This document shows, one piece after another, positions 1 through 10,312 of a stretch of 64,000 nt of DNA; the first letter of the stretch is position 1, and each line of letters opens with the position of its first letter. The notes below the pieces were generated by a model. It did not search any database. It was not told where the DNA came from and saw only the letters and a list, made by a program, of their open reading frames with translations. Source of the DNA: Paracoccaceae bacterium (GTDB lineage Bacteria; Pseudomonadota; Alphaproteobacteria; Rhodobacterales; Rhodobacteraceae); contig JBDWGM010000004.1 of NCBI GenBank assembly GCA_039975755.1, positions 19,444 through 83,443 of the forward strand, in the 5' to 3' direction. The position numbers were made by a program, and so were the translations under genes.

Positions 1-1256
1 ACCTGAGCACCGGCGACAAAGCCATGTTGGCCGGTGACAAAGGCAAGCCCGCAGCCCTTGGGATGGACGTCATTTGCGCCATGGCAGCTTCGCAAGGGGC
101 AAGGCGATTGATCGACGTCACACGAGGCCACATCGACGGGTGTATCTATGCCCATGAGGCAAACCTCATCTTTGCGACAACCATGGCCGAAATGGGCGCG
201 AAGGTAACCATCCCAACCACGATCAACGCAATCTCGGTTGATCGCGAGAACTGGACCAAACACGATATGCCGCCTGATTTTGGGCGGGCCGCGAGCCGAT
301 TGGCCGATGCCTATGTCCAAATGGGTGCGCGTCCGACATTCACCTGCGCGCCTTACCTTGCCGATGATGTGCCCCAACTGGGCGAAGACATCGGTTGGTC
401 GGAATCCAATGCTGTGATTTTTGCCAACAGCGTGTTGGGTGCGCGGACGGCCAAGCATCCCGATTACCTTGATCTGTTTATTGCACTGACCGGGCGCGCA
501 CCGGAAACTGGTGTCTACCTGTCAGAGAACCGTCGCCCGCGCGTTGTGATCGATGTCGAAATGCCCGACGATTATGACGATGCGATTTGGCCGTTGCTTG
601 GCTGGATTACGGGCCGTTTGGCCCCGGATCGCATTCCGGTGCTGAGGGGGATCGAACAAAGCACACCAAACCGGGATGACCTGCGCGCAGTGTGTGCAGC
701 ATTTGGAACCACATCAGCTGCAGCCCTATTGCATGTGACCGGCGTGACGCCAGAAGGTGATGTTGAACCCACTGCCGATGCAAGGCACGCAACAATTACC
801 CCTGCCGATTTCGCCGCCGCGTGGGATGAACTGAATAGCGGGTCAGAAAAGATCGATCTGGTTGCTTTGGGCAGCCCGCATTTTTCATTAGAAGAAACGC
901 GCCGATTTGCCGAACTGATGGCAAGCCAGCAAAAACACTCAGACGTATCTGTCATCATAACATTGGGGCGCGATACCTTTGCCCAAGCGCAAACCGAAGG
1001 CCTTGCCACTCAACTTCAGGCGATAGGTGTTCAGTTCTATTCAGACTTGTGCTGGTGCTCGATTGTGGAACCAGTGTTTCCAACACAGACGAAAACCTTG
1101 ATGACGAATTCGGGAAAATACGCCCATTATGCCCCGGGCCTTAGCGGAAGAAACGTACGCTTTGGAGGCCTGGCTGATTGCGCCCAAGCCGCTGTCACTG
1201 GCATGGCCCCGACTGAGCCGCCCAAATGGGTGTCTTTCACCAAGCCTAAAACGTAG
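1..1256 (+). CDS. Aconitase X (AcnX/DUF521) catalytic-subunit-like dehydratase; 5' end lies outside the window
   Basis: ORF 24..1256 stays open upstream to base 3 (LSTGDKAMLAGDKG...). The AMLAGxxG N-terminus and TRGHIDGC segment are typical of DUF521/AcnX. No DUF126 small-subunit ORF follows. Confidence 0.7.
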   Translation, partial: LSTGDKAMLAGDKGKPAALGMDVICAMAASQGARRLIDVTRGHIDGCIYAHEANLIFATTMAEMGAKVTIPTTINAISVDRENWTKHDMPPDFGRAASRLADAYVQMGARPTFTCAPYLADDVPQLGEDIGWSESNAVIFANSVLGARTAKHPDYLDLFIALTGRAPETGVYLSENRRPRVVIDVEMPDDYDDAIWPLLGWITGRLAPDRIPVLRGIEQSTPNRDDLRAVCAAFGTTSAAALLHVTGVTPEGDVEPTADARHATITPADFAAAWDELNSGSEKIDLVALGSPHFSLEETRRFAELMASQQKHSDVSVIITLGRDTFAQAQTEGLATQLQAIGVQFYSDLCWCSIVEPVFPTQTKTLMTNSGKYAHYAPGLSGRNVRFGGLADCAQAAVTGMAPTEPPKWVSFTKPKT

Positions 1257-2178
1257 CGCCGGTGTCTGCAGTGATCAGCTCTTTATAGAGCTTTTGAATA
1301 CGCTCCATCACAGGGCGGTCGCTGGTTCCAATCGGCTTGCCGTCGATCTCTGACACAGGGGTTTGCGCGCCGAACGTCCCTGTCAAAAAGGCTTCGTCTG
1401 CATTGTAGGTTTCAAAAAGCGAATAGTTGCGTTCGAAGACCGGGATATCGTTGTCGCGGCAGATATCGATAACCTTTTGGCGGGTCACGCCATTCATGCA
1501 GTAATCCTCGGTCGAGGTCCAAACTTGCCCCTTGCGTACGATAAAGAAATTGCAGGCATTGGTTGTATTCACAAACCCATGCGGGTCGAGCACCAGCCCT
1601 TCATCTGCCCCCATCTGTTCCGCTTGCAAGCAGGCCAGAACACAGTTCAGTTTGGAATGGCTGTTGTATTTGGCGTCTTGACTCATCGGCAGGCCGCGCA
1701 CCTGAGGTACCGTGGCCAGACGAATGCCGGTCTTTAACCCGCCTGCAGGTTTCGAATGTTCAATGATGATCACCAGTGTCGGGCCGGATCGGCTGAGCGA
1801 GGGGTTTTGAAACGATTTCACCTTGGTGCCGCGCGTCAGCATCAAACGGCAATGGGCGTCGGTGGTCATACCGTTTGCTTTGGCGGTCTTGTTCAACGCA
1901 TCCAAGATGCCATTACGGTCCATGCCAACATCAAGTGACACCGCCTTGCACGAGCAAAAAAAGCGGTCCATATGTTCATCAAAGAACGACCATTTCCCGT
2001 TATAAAGACGCATCCCTTCCCACATGCCATCGCCCAACATAAAGCCGCTGTCATAGACCGACACTTTGGCGTCGTCGCGATGCACGATCTCACCATTTAC
2101 ATAGATCTTGATGTCCATGTTGCGCAGGTCTTCATCTGCGTCGTGGGTGGTTCTTTTGGTCTCAGGCATTTGGGTCAT
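1246..2178 (-). CDS. Class IV (branched-chain / D-amino-acid) aminotransferase
   Basis: ORF 1246..2259. The IYVNGEIV..DAKVSVYDSGFMLGDGMWEGMR start and length fit fold-type IV PLP aminotransferases. Start trimmed to the ATG at 2178 because the upstream SDR gene ends at 2219; the start is uncertain (2169 is also possible). Confidence 0.8.
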   Translation of the reverse strand: MTQMPETKRTTHDADEDLRNMDIKIYVNGEIVHRDDAKVSVYDSGFMLGDGMWEGMRLYNGKWSFFDEHMDRFFCSCKAVSLDVGMDRNGILDALNKTAKANGMTTDAHCRLMLTRGTKVKSFQNPSLSRSGPTLVIIIEHSKPAGGLKTGIRLATVPQVRGLPMSQDAKYNSHSKLNCVLACLQAEQMGADEGLVLDPHGFVNTTNACNFFIVRKGQVWTSTEDYCMNGVTRQKVIDICRDNDIPVFERNYSLFETYNADEAFLTGTFGAQTPVSEIDGKPIGTSDRPVMERIQKLYKELITADTGATF

Positions 2179-2218
2179 CCATTTGATTGGAGCGGGACGA
2201 TAGATTTCCAGCCAATAT

Positions 2219-2947
2219 TTAGACGGCGGTATATCCACCATCGATTGGCAGGCATACACCTGAAATCATTGCGGCACCGTCTGACAATAAAAAGACAACC
2301 GGTGCCGCGATATCGTCTTCGGTCGCCCATTTCTGAAGCGGCATCGTTTCCAGGAAAGGGCCTTGGATTTCTGGACGCCCCCAATACCACGCGGACATGG
2401 GCGTCATTACCACCGTCGGGTTGACCCCATTGACCCGGATACCGTGGGGCCCAAGCTCCATCGCAGAAACGCGGGTTATGTTGTCCAACGCCGCCTTGGA
2501 CGAGCCATAGGAAATATGCCCGCGCAATGCGACCAAAGACGCTTGGCTTGATACGTTTACAATCGCCCCGCCCTTGCCCAAGCGGATCATCGATTGCGAC
2601 GCATACTTCGTTACCAACAAGGCCCCGCGTGCATTGATCGACATCACTTTGTCAAACACGCTGATGTCTGTTTCCATTGGGGTAGCGATTTCGCCGCCAA
2701 AGCCACCACAGTTGACGGCCCCCCATAGGTCTAGATCTTCAAGCGCTTCGCGTATTTCTTCTTCGGATTCCAGATCGAACGCCAAAGTCCGACACCCCGT
2801 TTCTTTGGCCAATTCCCCCAGCTTTTCTTGATCACGACCATTCGCAATGATGTCTGCACCAGCCTCTGCCAAATGCCGCACGATCGCGCCACCAATACCG
2901 CCGCTTGCGCCGGTTACAAGGATCGGACCTTTGTTAAGACCATTCAT
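2219..2947 (-). CDS. Short-chain dehydrogenase/reductase (SDR), carbonyl/xylulose-reductase-like
   Basis: TGASGGIGGAI Rossmann motif, NVSS, and the YGSSK catalytic Tyr-x3-Lys. 242 aa. Confidence 0.85.
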   Translation of the reverse strand: MNGLNKGPILVTGASGGIGGAIVRHLAEAGADIIANGRDQEKLGELAKETGCRTLAFDLESEEEIREALEDLDLWGAVNCGGFGGEIATPMETDISVFDKVMSINARGALLVTKYASQSMIRLGKGGAIVNVSSQASLVALRGHISYGSSKAALDNITRVSAMELGPHGIRVNGVNPTVVMTPMSAWYWGRPEIQGPFLETMPLQKWATEDDIAAPVVFLLSDGAAMISGVCLPIDGGYTAV

Positions 2948-3059
2948 CGGATTATCCTTTAGAAGCCTGCGACCGTATGTTCTGAATTACAGGGACACAC
3001 CCCATTCAAACATGCTAAAAAGCAATCATAGTTGACTTTGTCCGTCAATGTTTCGACGC

Positions 3060-4442
3060 CTAAGAGGTTTGAGGCGCGCTCGCATTGTAGACAAGCCCCC
3101 CGATTTCTTGGTTTGCAACGCGGTTCGCGACGATCAATGCAATGATCCACCCTGAACTGACCGCAATACCGATGCCAAGCCACACACCCCACACGCTCAT
3201 GTCGAACACGCCAATCAAAAGCCACACAAAAAATGCGACGCCAAAACCTTGGCGATAGATCGAGATCCATAGCGTCCAGATTGGGCGTTTGAGTGCTTGC
3301 AAAAACGAATTTATGGAGAACAACATCATATAGATCGTGAGTAGAAAGCTATCTACGCGCAGATAGCTGACACCGACATCTATGACTGCCTGAGTATCGG
3401 TAAACAGCGACATCACAATAGGCGCACCAAGCCACAAGATTGGCGCGACAACGATGGTCATAACGAACCCTAACTTCCAACAAAACCAAAGTGCGTCACG
3501 GACGCGTTCATGGTTGCCTGCCCCAAAGTTTTGCGCAGCGATAGGTAACAGCGCACCCGTCATGCCAAAGACGGGCAAGAGTAAGACCTGTTCGACCCGC
3601 AACGCGACAGCATAAGCAGCCAGCGCATGTTCCCCAAACCCTTTCAGCGCATATTGTACGGCAAATCCCGAGATGAACATGACCAGAAAAGCAGAGGCAG
3701 TCGGAATCATCTGGGCTAAGATTTCTCGGTAGCGACCAAGATCGGGCATAAGCTCGCGCAGCCCGGCCCCTTTTATCACACGCAGGTTATGCACAGCGCG
3801 TAATACAAACAACATGACACCGGTCTGTGAAACGACCGTAGCCAATGCGATGCCATTGAACCCAATCCCCGGGATCACCCCAGGAATACCATATATAAAC
3901 AACGGATTAAGACCAATGTTGGCAAGAAACGCTGTCATCATCGCGCGCTGCATCGTGACCGTATCCCCGTGGGCCTGCAATATCCCGTTAGCGGCGTATG
4001 CGATCAAAAACCCTGGAAGGGCCGACAATAGCCAATAAAAATAACCATTGGCAGCGTCCCGATATCCGCCGGGCTCGGAAATCAACGCAATGAGCAATGG
4101 CCCTGCAAACCCACCTGCCACGACAAGGATCAAAGTCATGACAAATGCAAAGGACAGGCCCTGCATGGCGGTCCGCCTTGTCGCGGCGTCGTCTTTTTTA
4201 CCGCGTGCATTCCCGACAAGGGCCCCCATCGCTGATCCTATACCAAACCCAACGGCCATCATTATGAAAAAGGCTTGGAACCCGATGGCCAGACCGGCTT
4301 GCGCCTGAGTAGACAACTGACCCGCGAAATAGATATCGACAACGTTATAGAGCGTTGAAAAAAGCATCCCCATCGCGGCTGGTACAGCAAGCGTGCGGAA
4401 ATGGTCGGAAATTGGACCTTCGGTCAGGTCATGATCTTGCAT
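3060..4442 (-). CDS. MATE family efflux transporter
   Basis: 460 aa and 12-TM-like. The N-terminus LAVPAAMGMLFSTLYNVVDIYFAG is typical of NorM/MATE. Confidence 0.85.
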   Translation of the reverse strand: MQDHDLTEGPISDHFRTLAVPAAMGMLFSTLYNVVDIYFAGQLSTQAQAGLAIGFQAFFIMMAVGFGIGSAMGALVGNARGKKDDAATRRTAMQGLSFAFVMTLILVVAGGFAGPLLIALISEPGGYRDAANGYFYWLLSALPGFLIAYAANGILQAHGDTVTMQRAMMTAFLANIGLNPLFIYGIPGVIPGIGFNGIALATVVSQTGVMLFVLRAVHNLRVIKGAGLRELMPDLGRYREILAQMIPTASAFLVMFISGFAVQYALKGFGEHALAAYAVALRVEQVLLLPVFGMTGALLPIAAQNFGAGNHERVRDALWFCWKLGFVMTIVVAPILWLGAPIVMSLFTDTQAVIDVGVSYLRVDSFLLTIYMMLFSINSFLQALKRPIWTLWISIYRQGFGVAFFVWLLIGVFDMSVWGVWLGIGIAVSSGWIIALIVANRVANQEIGGLVYNASAPQTS

Positions 4443-4653
4443 GATGAGGGCTTTCGCTAGAGTCAGGCCGAGCCGATGGACGCGTGCGCCCCAAGGTCAG
4501 ACGACACATAATGTCACCCGACGCTGTCGAAGCAACTCTTCTGTTTCACAAACCAAAAGTTATTATGGGCATTGGTCGCCGAACTGGACGGTCGGAATCC
4601 AATTCTACGCCCATTTCCTGATGGTCTGTTCGTCTCTGGATGTAACCGTAACC

Positions 4654-6273
4654 CTAATCCGTTTTTGGCGCAGGCTCTTGAACATCGGCCGTTATCAGGT
4701 CGGCAGGGTCACGTTCCCATTGGAACAACCAAACTTCGGTCAATTTTCGATCCTCGCCAGCCACATGTGCCGTAATTTCGATCAACCGTTCATCTTGTCC
4801 GTCCACATCGAAAAACAACCGCCAACGTCGTGTGGCGTCGTCAATTTTGTGCAATCCTAAGCCCGAAATCTCACCTGCCGATGTTGTCACAACGGGTTTC
4901 ACAATCGCTTCTGGTGCCAGATCGCCAAGAGCGCCACCTTCAAAATCTACGACAAATTTCCGGAGGTTCGGATTTTCAAGAGGCACTCCCGATGGTCCGC
5001 CGACACCTGTGCGTGTGCTGTGAACATAGGCCAATTCGCCGGCCCCATCAGCAGGCAATGCACCCCAATGCATTTTGTAACTATAGGTGCGTGTCTCACC
5101 CGCTTTGGGTGCATTCTCCGGCATCCAAAACAGAACTATGTTATCTTCGATTTCCAGCTCCGCCGGTATTTCGACCAATCGAATAGTACCTGCGCCCCAA
5201 TCACCAATAGGTTCGATCATTACCGAAGGTCGGTTGTGATACTGTGCACCCGCATCTTGATAGGCTTCATAATAGCGGTCCCGCTGAAGCAAACCGAATT
5301 GAACAACGTCCTCTCCCGAGAAATAGGAATTGGAAACGTTATGTGGATTGTTCAACGGCCTTACCAATACGTCGCCAGACCCACGGATGATCTGCAACGC
5401 GTCACTGTCATGGACCTGCGCGCGGAAATCATCGAACACACGCTCAGAATGTTCAGCGAAATAGAACATCGATGTCAGCGGCGCGAGGCCAAGCTGTCGG
5501 ATATCCGTGCGGAAATTGAGTTCGGATTCGACTTCGATCACTGTGTCTGCGCCCGGTGAAATAACAAAGCGATACGCCCCGGTGACGGATGCACTGTCCA
5601 TGGCTGCGTAAATTTCTAATGCAGCGTTTTCCGTCTCTGGCCGCACAACCCAAAAGGACGTGAAGCGGGGAAATTCCTCTGGTGTATTTAACCACGTATC
5701 AATGGAAAGACCCCGAGCCGATAACCCGTAACTGTTGCCAGCCCCCAAGGCGCGGAAATAGCTAGCCCCCAGAAAGGTAACCAGCTCGTCGAACTTTGCT
5801 GATGTGTTCAAGGGTGCGTTGACTTTTAGCCCAGCGACACCGGACAGTTCTGCGTGTTCTGGCACCCGATCTGCAAGATCGTTTCGATATTCAAAATCGT
5901 CTGTGCCAAAGATTAAAGGCCGCGCCTGACCATCGACGACTTCGTATACCTGTACAGGATCCGGAAATAGCCAACCGGGGTGAAACGCCTGCAATTGGAA
6001 AGGTCGCGCACTATCTGCCCAACGAGATTGGCTCGGGCGGAAATAGATGTTGCGATAATCGTCATAGGTCAGGTTCTCGAGAAAGTTATCCAAAGGCATT
6101 GGCGGCGCATCAGGCACCTTGGCCCGTTCCTGCATCTGACTTTTGAGCCACTCGAACGAAAATGGTACTGCTGAATCTGTTGTCTGCGCGTTCGAATGTC
6201 TCGCGACTGTCGTACTTGCCAGTAAGCCTGCCAGCACACTGCGCCGTGTGATGCGTTTTTGAAGTAACATCAA
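4654..6273 (-). CDS. opgD: Periplasmic glucan biosynthesis protein, OpgD/OpgG (MdoD/MdoG) family
   Basis: 539 aa with a twin-arginine signal (ITRRSVLAGLLA). Length and conserved blocks (FRALG..SYGLSARGL) fit the MdoG/MdoD family; the Tat signal favours OpgD. Confidence 0.75.
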   Translation of the reverse strand: MMLLQKRITRRSVLAGLLASTTVARHSNAQTTDSAVPFSFEWLKSQMQERAKVPDAPPMPLDNFLENLTYDDYRNIYFRPSQSRWADSARPFQLQAFHPGWLFPDPVQVYEVVDGQARPLIFGTDDFEYRNDLADRVPEHAELSGVAGLKVNAPLNTSAKFDELVTFLGASYFRALGAGNSYGLSARGLSIDTWLNTPEEFPRFTSFWVVRPETENAALEIYAAMDSASVTGAYRFVISPGADTVIEVESELNFRTDIRQLGLAPLTSMFYFAEHSERVFDDFRAQVHDSDALQIIRGSGDVLVRPLNNPHNVSNSYFSGEDVVQFGLLQRDRYYEAYQDAGAQYHNRPSVMIEPIGDWGAGTIRLVEIPAELEIEDNIVLFWMPENAPKAGETRTYSYKMHWGALPADGAGELAYVHSTRTGVGGPSGVPLENPNLRKFVVDFEGGALGDLAPEAIVKPVVTTSAGEISGLGLHKIDDATRRWRLFFDVDGQDERLIEITAHVAGEDRKLTEVWLFQWERDPADLITADVQEPAPKTD

Positions 6274-6562
6274 GTGTCGGTTCCTTCATTCGGAATGGCG
6301 AAGGCACTGAGCCGCTGATCGCCCGAGATTGGTTTGACGCGAGGCATACACAACCATCGCTGGATTCTTTCGGTCGCAAATAACCTGTTTTCTAAATGAA
6401 AGGCACGACACTTTCTCGCTAGTGGTCTGTACGTGAATATAAGCGTCGTTTTTGGCAATTTCGCGCCGATACAGGGGTGTCATCCCAGTTCCGGCGCGGA
6501 CATACCAACCTTGATCGAAGGTCCGGTTCAAAACAGACGCCAATTTTCTTGTCGAGAATTCA

Positions 6563-7285
6563 TCAACCCGCCGGAAGATATTTCTCCAAGAACCCTTCTA
6601 ATGCTGACCAGTATTCAGCGCCATCGCCACTGTCCAAAGCGGATGCACCATGGCGCCCTGACCCATTGGGCACAAACTCAACAACCGGACTGCCAATCTT
6701 TTTCGCAAAAGGTTTCCAATGACCGGCTTCGCCACGCGCGCTTGTTAAGAAAGCTGGCACTTGCATACCGCCCAGTTCTTTCGCGACGTAATTGCTCGAT
6801 CCGTAATATTCGCCGGGCGAGAACGACATGACAGCATCCGCAAAAGTCTTGTCCTGCGCTGACAGCACCAAAACCAGCCCTGCTGAATAAGAAGATCCAA
6901 GAACGCCGACCCGGCGCGCGCCTGCGTTTTGACGTGCCCAATCAGATGCCGCAACAAGATCCGGGATTGCTGCAACAAAGCTGGTGCTTCCTCCAGCTGA
7001 AGCGACCGTTTCATTCCGCACACCATTGATTTGCCCACCAGAGCGTTGGTCAACTGCAAGGGTGGCATATCCAAGACCGTTCAACCGCTCAGAGATTTTG
7101 TGGTATTCGCCACGGCTTGCACCCGCCATGTGAAACAGAACAATAACCGCTGCGTAATCGGCCTTGGGGGCTTTGAAGTCAGCAGTAACCGTGACACCGT
7201 CCGAAGCTTGGAACTGCACCGTTTCCGCCTGTGCAATTGAGATGGTTAAAAGCATCACACTCAAAGCGCTGCGCAACAATTTCAT
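6563..7285 (-). CDS. Secreted alpha/beta hydrolase (dienelactone-hydrolase-like)
   Basis: Signal peptide MKLLRSALSVMLLTISIAQA and a GSSYSAG nucleophile elbow (G-x-S-x-G). Start placed at the ATG at 7285, preceded by GAAAGGA; 7303 is an alternative. Confidence 0.65.
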   Translation of the reverse strand: MKLLRSALSVMLLTISIAQAETVQFQASDGVTVTADFKAPKADYAAVIVLFHMAGASRGEYHKISERLNGLGYATLAVDQRSGGQINGVRNETVASAGGSTSFVAAIPDLVAASDWARQNAGARRVGVLGSSYSAGLVLVLSAQDKTFADAVMSFSPGEYYGSSNYVAKELGGMQVPAFLTSARGEAGHWKPFAKKIGSPVVEFVPNGSGRHGASALDSGDGAEYWSALEGFLEKYLPAG

Positions 7286-7462
7286 GATGGGTCCTTTCTT
7301 CATCTAAAATTAGCGTAACAGTTTGAATGAAGGAGGCAGATAACGATTTTGAGATAATTTACGACCGGATTTATGGCCAAGCAGGTCAAACGCAATCAAA
7401 GCGGTCATCCATCGAATGCAGTGAAATGGTTAAGGTGTTTGACCTTTGCGTGGACACATTTG

Positions 7463-8131
7463 CTATTTCAGGATTTCAACCATTTCCGCATAACCACGTG
7501 CCACCGCATGCTGCAATGGCGTAACTCCCTCACGATCTCCGATGGATTTATCTGCCCCTGCGTCCACAAGGATTTGCACCGTTTTTATGTGATCTGGTCC
7601 TCCGTCACCCAGAACGACTGCTTCAATCAAAGCTGTCCAGGCGAGGTTATTGATATGATCAAGCGGTGCCCCGCCCGCGACAAGACGCGCGACAACATCG
7701 TGATGCCCAAGATGGGCCGCCGCAATCAGAGCTGTGCCATCATAGACGCTTGTGACAAGGCCAGGCTTGTTACCAAGCTCCATCGCCAATGACACCATTT
7801 CAGGGTCATCCGCGACCGCTGCAATGGTCAGCACGTCATAGACACGGTTTTCAAGCGCGTTCATATCCGCACCACCCTCAGCTAACGCGATCAGTACGTC
7901 ATCATGAGATGCAAATGCAGCAACATGCGCAGGCGTACGCTTGGAGCCATCCCGGACATTGAGATCGGCCCCTGTTGCGATCAAACGTTTCACCTCGGCC
8001 ACATCGCCTTCATGGGCTGCAAGGTGCAATCCATCATAGGATGCAATGTCAGATGCCGACGGCGCAGTCTGAGCAGTTACAAAACCGCCGCTTCCAACAA
8101 GAAAAGCTGCAAAGACCAAAGAACGAAGCAT
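7463..8131 (-). CDS. Periplasmic ankyrin-repeat protein
   Basis: Signal peptide MLRSLVFAAFLVGSGGFVTAQ, then repeated G-(T)P(A/L)H-A...GH.D/E.V..L...GA motifs (RTPAHVAAFASHDDVLIALAEGGAD, GVTPLQHAVARGYAEMVEIL). Start trimmed to 8131. Confidence 0.8.
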   Translation of the reverse strand: MLRSLVFAAFLVGSGGFVTAQTAPSASDIASYDGLHLAAHEGDVAEVKRLIATGADLNVRDGSKRTPAHVAAFASHDDVLIALAEGGADMNALENRVYDVLTIAAVADDPEMVSLAMELGNKPGLVTSVYDGTALIAAAHLGHHDVVARLVAGGAPLDHINNLAWTALIEAVVLGDGGPDHIKTVQILVDAGADKSIGDREGVTPLQHAVARGYAEMVEILK

Positions 8132-8344
8132 GAAGTCACCTTTCCAAAAACCGTCAATCACAGCTCGATGTTTCCAAACCAATCGACCAGCTCGGCAATG
8201 AATTTCTTGCACTAGCAGACGCTTGAAAACCTCTGTAAGCAAGGTGACTTTCGATAGATGACATCAATTGAATGTGACCAAATCCCCCAGCATACCGAGG
8301 CGTATGCTTGCTTTGTCATCAAGAAAAATTTGATTTGGCAGATC

Positions 8345-9121
8345 TCAGGCCGGCACGGCCTCTTCCGGTGCCTCCTTTGCGCCGGTCATAAAGGCCACCG
8401 CGTCAGACATTGTATAATCCTTTGGATCAATGACACACAGACGTTTTCCCAATCGGTGCACGTGGATACGGTCTGCGACTTCGAACACATGCGGCATGTT
8501 GTGACTGATCAAAATAATCGGGATGCCACGGGATCGCACATCTTGGATAAGCTCGAGCACTTTGCGAGATTCTTTGACGCCAAGCGCGGCTGTAGGCTCA
8601 TCCAAAATGATAACCTTAGATCCAAATGCAGCAGCACGGGCCACAGCGACACCTTGGCGCTGTCCACCGGACAACGTCTCGACTGCTTGGTTGATGTTCT
8701 GGATCGTCATCAAGCCCAGTTCAGTCAGCTTATCTCGAGCGAATTTCTCCATCGCGGCACGATCCAGTTTGCGAAACACTGTCCCCATGATACCGGATTT
8801 GCGAAGCTCGCGCCCCATGAACATGTTGTCCGCAATCGACAAGGCCGGGGACATGGCCAGCGTTTGATACACCGTTTCAATCCCATGTTCTCGCGCTTGG
8901 ATCGGGGAAGAAAAATTGACCTTTTCACCTTCCAACCAGACATCCCCGGCATCGGGTATAACCGCGCCAGACACAGCTTTGATCAACGTTGATTTACCCG
9001 CGCCGTTGTCACCAATCACGGCAAGGATTTCGCCGGGATACAGATCAAAATCGCAATGATCGAGCGCTGTGACCTTGCCATAACGCTTGACCAGATTTCG
9101 CCCCTTAAGAATAGGTTCCAT
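8345..9121 (-). CDS. Sugar ABC transporter ATP-binding protein (single-cassette, FrcA-like, CUT2)
   Basis: Walker A GDNGAGKST, signature LSGGQRQ, Walker B IILDEPT. The ATG at 9121 overlaps the permease stop (TAATG). Confidence 0.85.
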   Translation of the reverse strand: MEPILKGRNLVKRYGKVTALDHCDFDLYPGEILAVIGDNGAGKSTLIKAVSGAVIPDAGDVWLEGEKVNFSSPIQAREHGIETVYQTLAMSPALSIADNMFMGRELRKSGIMGTVFRKLDRAAMEKFARDKLTELGLMTIQNINQAVETLSGGQRQGVAVARAAAFGSKVIILDEPTAALGVKESRKVLELIQDVRSRGIPIILISHNMPHVFEVADRIHVHRLGKRLCVIDPKDYTMSDAVAFMTGAKEAPEEAVPA

Positions 9122-10185
9122 TACGCTGATACCTTTCTGATCCACTGATCGACTGCCACGGCCGCGATGATAAGCAAGCCAATCAGCAAAAACGTCCACT
9201 GCGCGTCAGCGCCCATCAAACGCAATCCCAGAGTGAACACACCAACAATCAATGCGCCAAACAACGCTCCTAAGATCGATCCACGCCCTCCGAACAGGGA
9301 AATTCCACCGATCACAACCGCCGTAATGCTTTCGATATTGGCCAGTTGCCCGACAGTGGGCGAAATCGAACCGATCCGACCGACCATCGCCCACCCGGCA
9401 AAGGCACAAATCAAACCAGACAGCAGATAAACAGATATCAAAGTCTTTTTGACGTCCACTCCCGACAGTTCGGCCGCGTCCGGGTCATCGCCAACGGCAT
9501 AAACATGACGTCCCCAAGCCGTATGCTTCAAGGCATAAGCCAAAGTGAAAATCAAAGTGATCATAAAGATCACGCCAAGGGTCACGGTCGCGCCGCCAAT
9601 TTGGAACTTGGTCCCAAAGACCTGCAGAAGGCCGGCATTGTCTTCGATGTCCTTACTGCGGATGGTTTCATTGGCGGAATACAGGAAATTCGACGCCAAA
9701 ACGATTTGCCACATGCCCAACGTTACAATGAAAGGCGGAAGCTTCATGTAGGCCACCAACCAACCATTCAAGAGCCCGCACACTGTTCCAACCAGAAGGC
9801 CGATTACAATCGCAATCTCAACCGGCATGCCATATCCAAAGACCATCTGCCCCATGACCACCGACGACAAAACCATAATGGCACCAACGCTAAGATCGAT
9901 GCCCGCCGTCAGGATAACAAGGCTTTGTGCAGCGGCGACAATGCCCACGATCTGCACCTGTTGCAGGATCAATGTCATCGCAAAGGGCGAGAAAAAACGT
10001 TGTCCCACAAGCATTCCAAAAAGCACGATCGATGTGACAAGGACGATCAGCGGAACAAGTGCGGGGTTCACGTGCAATAAATGCTGTAGCTTGCCGACAA
10101 GACCTTTTCGGGTGTCTTCGAACTCGGCGATCGATTCCGTTGGATTGCTGGATGCAGCTTCATAGTCGGACGTTGATTGGGACAT
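9121..10185 (-). CDS. Sugar ABC transporter permease (FrcC/RbsC-like)
   Basis: 354 aa polytopic membrane protein lying between the binding-protein and ATPase genes. Branched-chain/ribose-type permease pattern. Confidence 0.85.
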   Translation of the reverse strand: MSQSTSDYEAASSNPTESIAEFEDTRKGLVGKLQHLLHVNPALVPLIVLVTSIVLFGMLVGQRFFSPFAMTLILQQVQIVGIVAAAQSLVILTAGIDLSVGAIMVLSSVVMGQMVFGYGMPVEIAIVIGLLVGTVCGLLNGWLVAYMKLPPFIVTLGMWQIVLASNFLYSANETIRSKDIEDNAGLLQVFGTKFQIGGATVTLGVIFMITLIFTLAYALKHTAWGRHVYAVGDDPDAAELSGVDVKKTLISVYLLSGLICAFAGWAMVGRIGSISPTVGQLANIESITAVVIGGISLFGGRGSILGALFGALIVGVFTLGLRLMGADAQWTFLLIGLLIIAAVAVDQWIRKVSA

Positions 10186-10312
10186 ACATCGCCTCTCGCA
10201 GACGGCGCACCATCTGGTTGTGAATCTCTTAATTTATAATGTCAGCATTTTTCCGATTGTCGCGGAAAGAGAGGGCACATCCCGTGCCCTCTCTTCGATC
10301 TTTAAATCCGAC

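Noticed and set aside
7327-7792. Plus-strand ORFs (65 and 139 aa) between the hydrolase and ankyrin genes
   Set aside because: The 139-aa ORF overlaps the well-supported minus-strand ankyrin gene, and both have odd composition. They were treated as non-coding or shadow ORFs.
8258-10080. 244-aa plus-strand ORFs overlapping the sugar ABC ATPase and permease genes
   Set aside because: The minus-strand products carry Walker/signature motifs and a coherent membrane topology. The plus-strand translations are His/Arg/Gln-rich nonsense.
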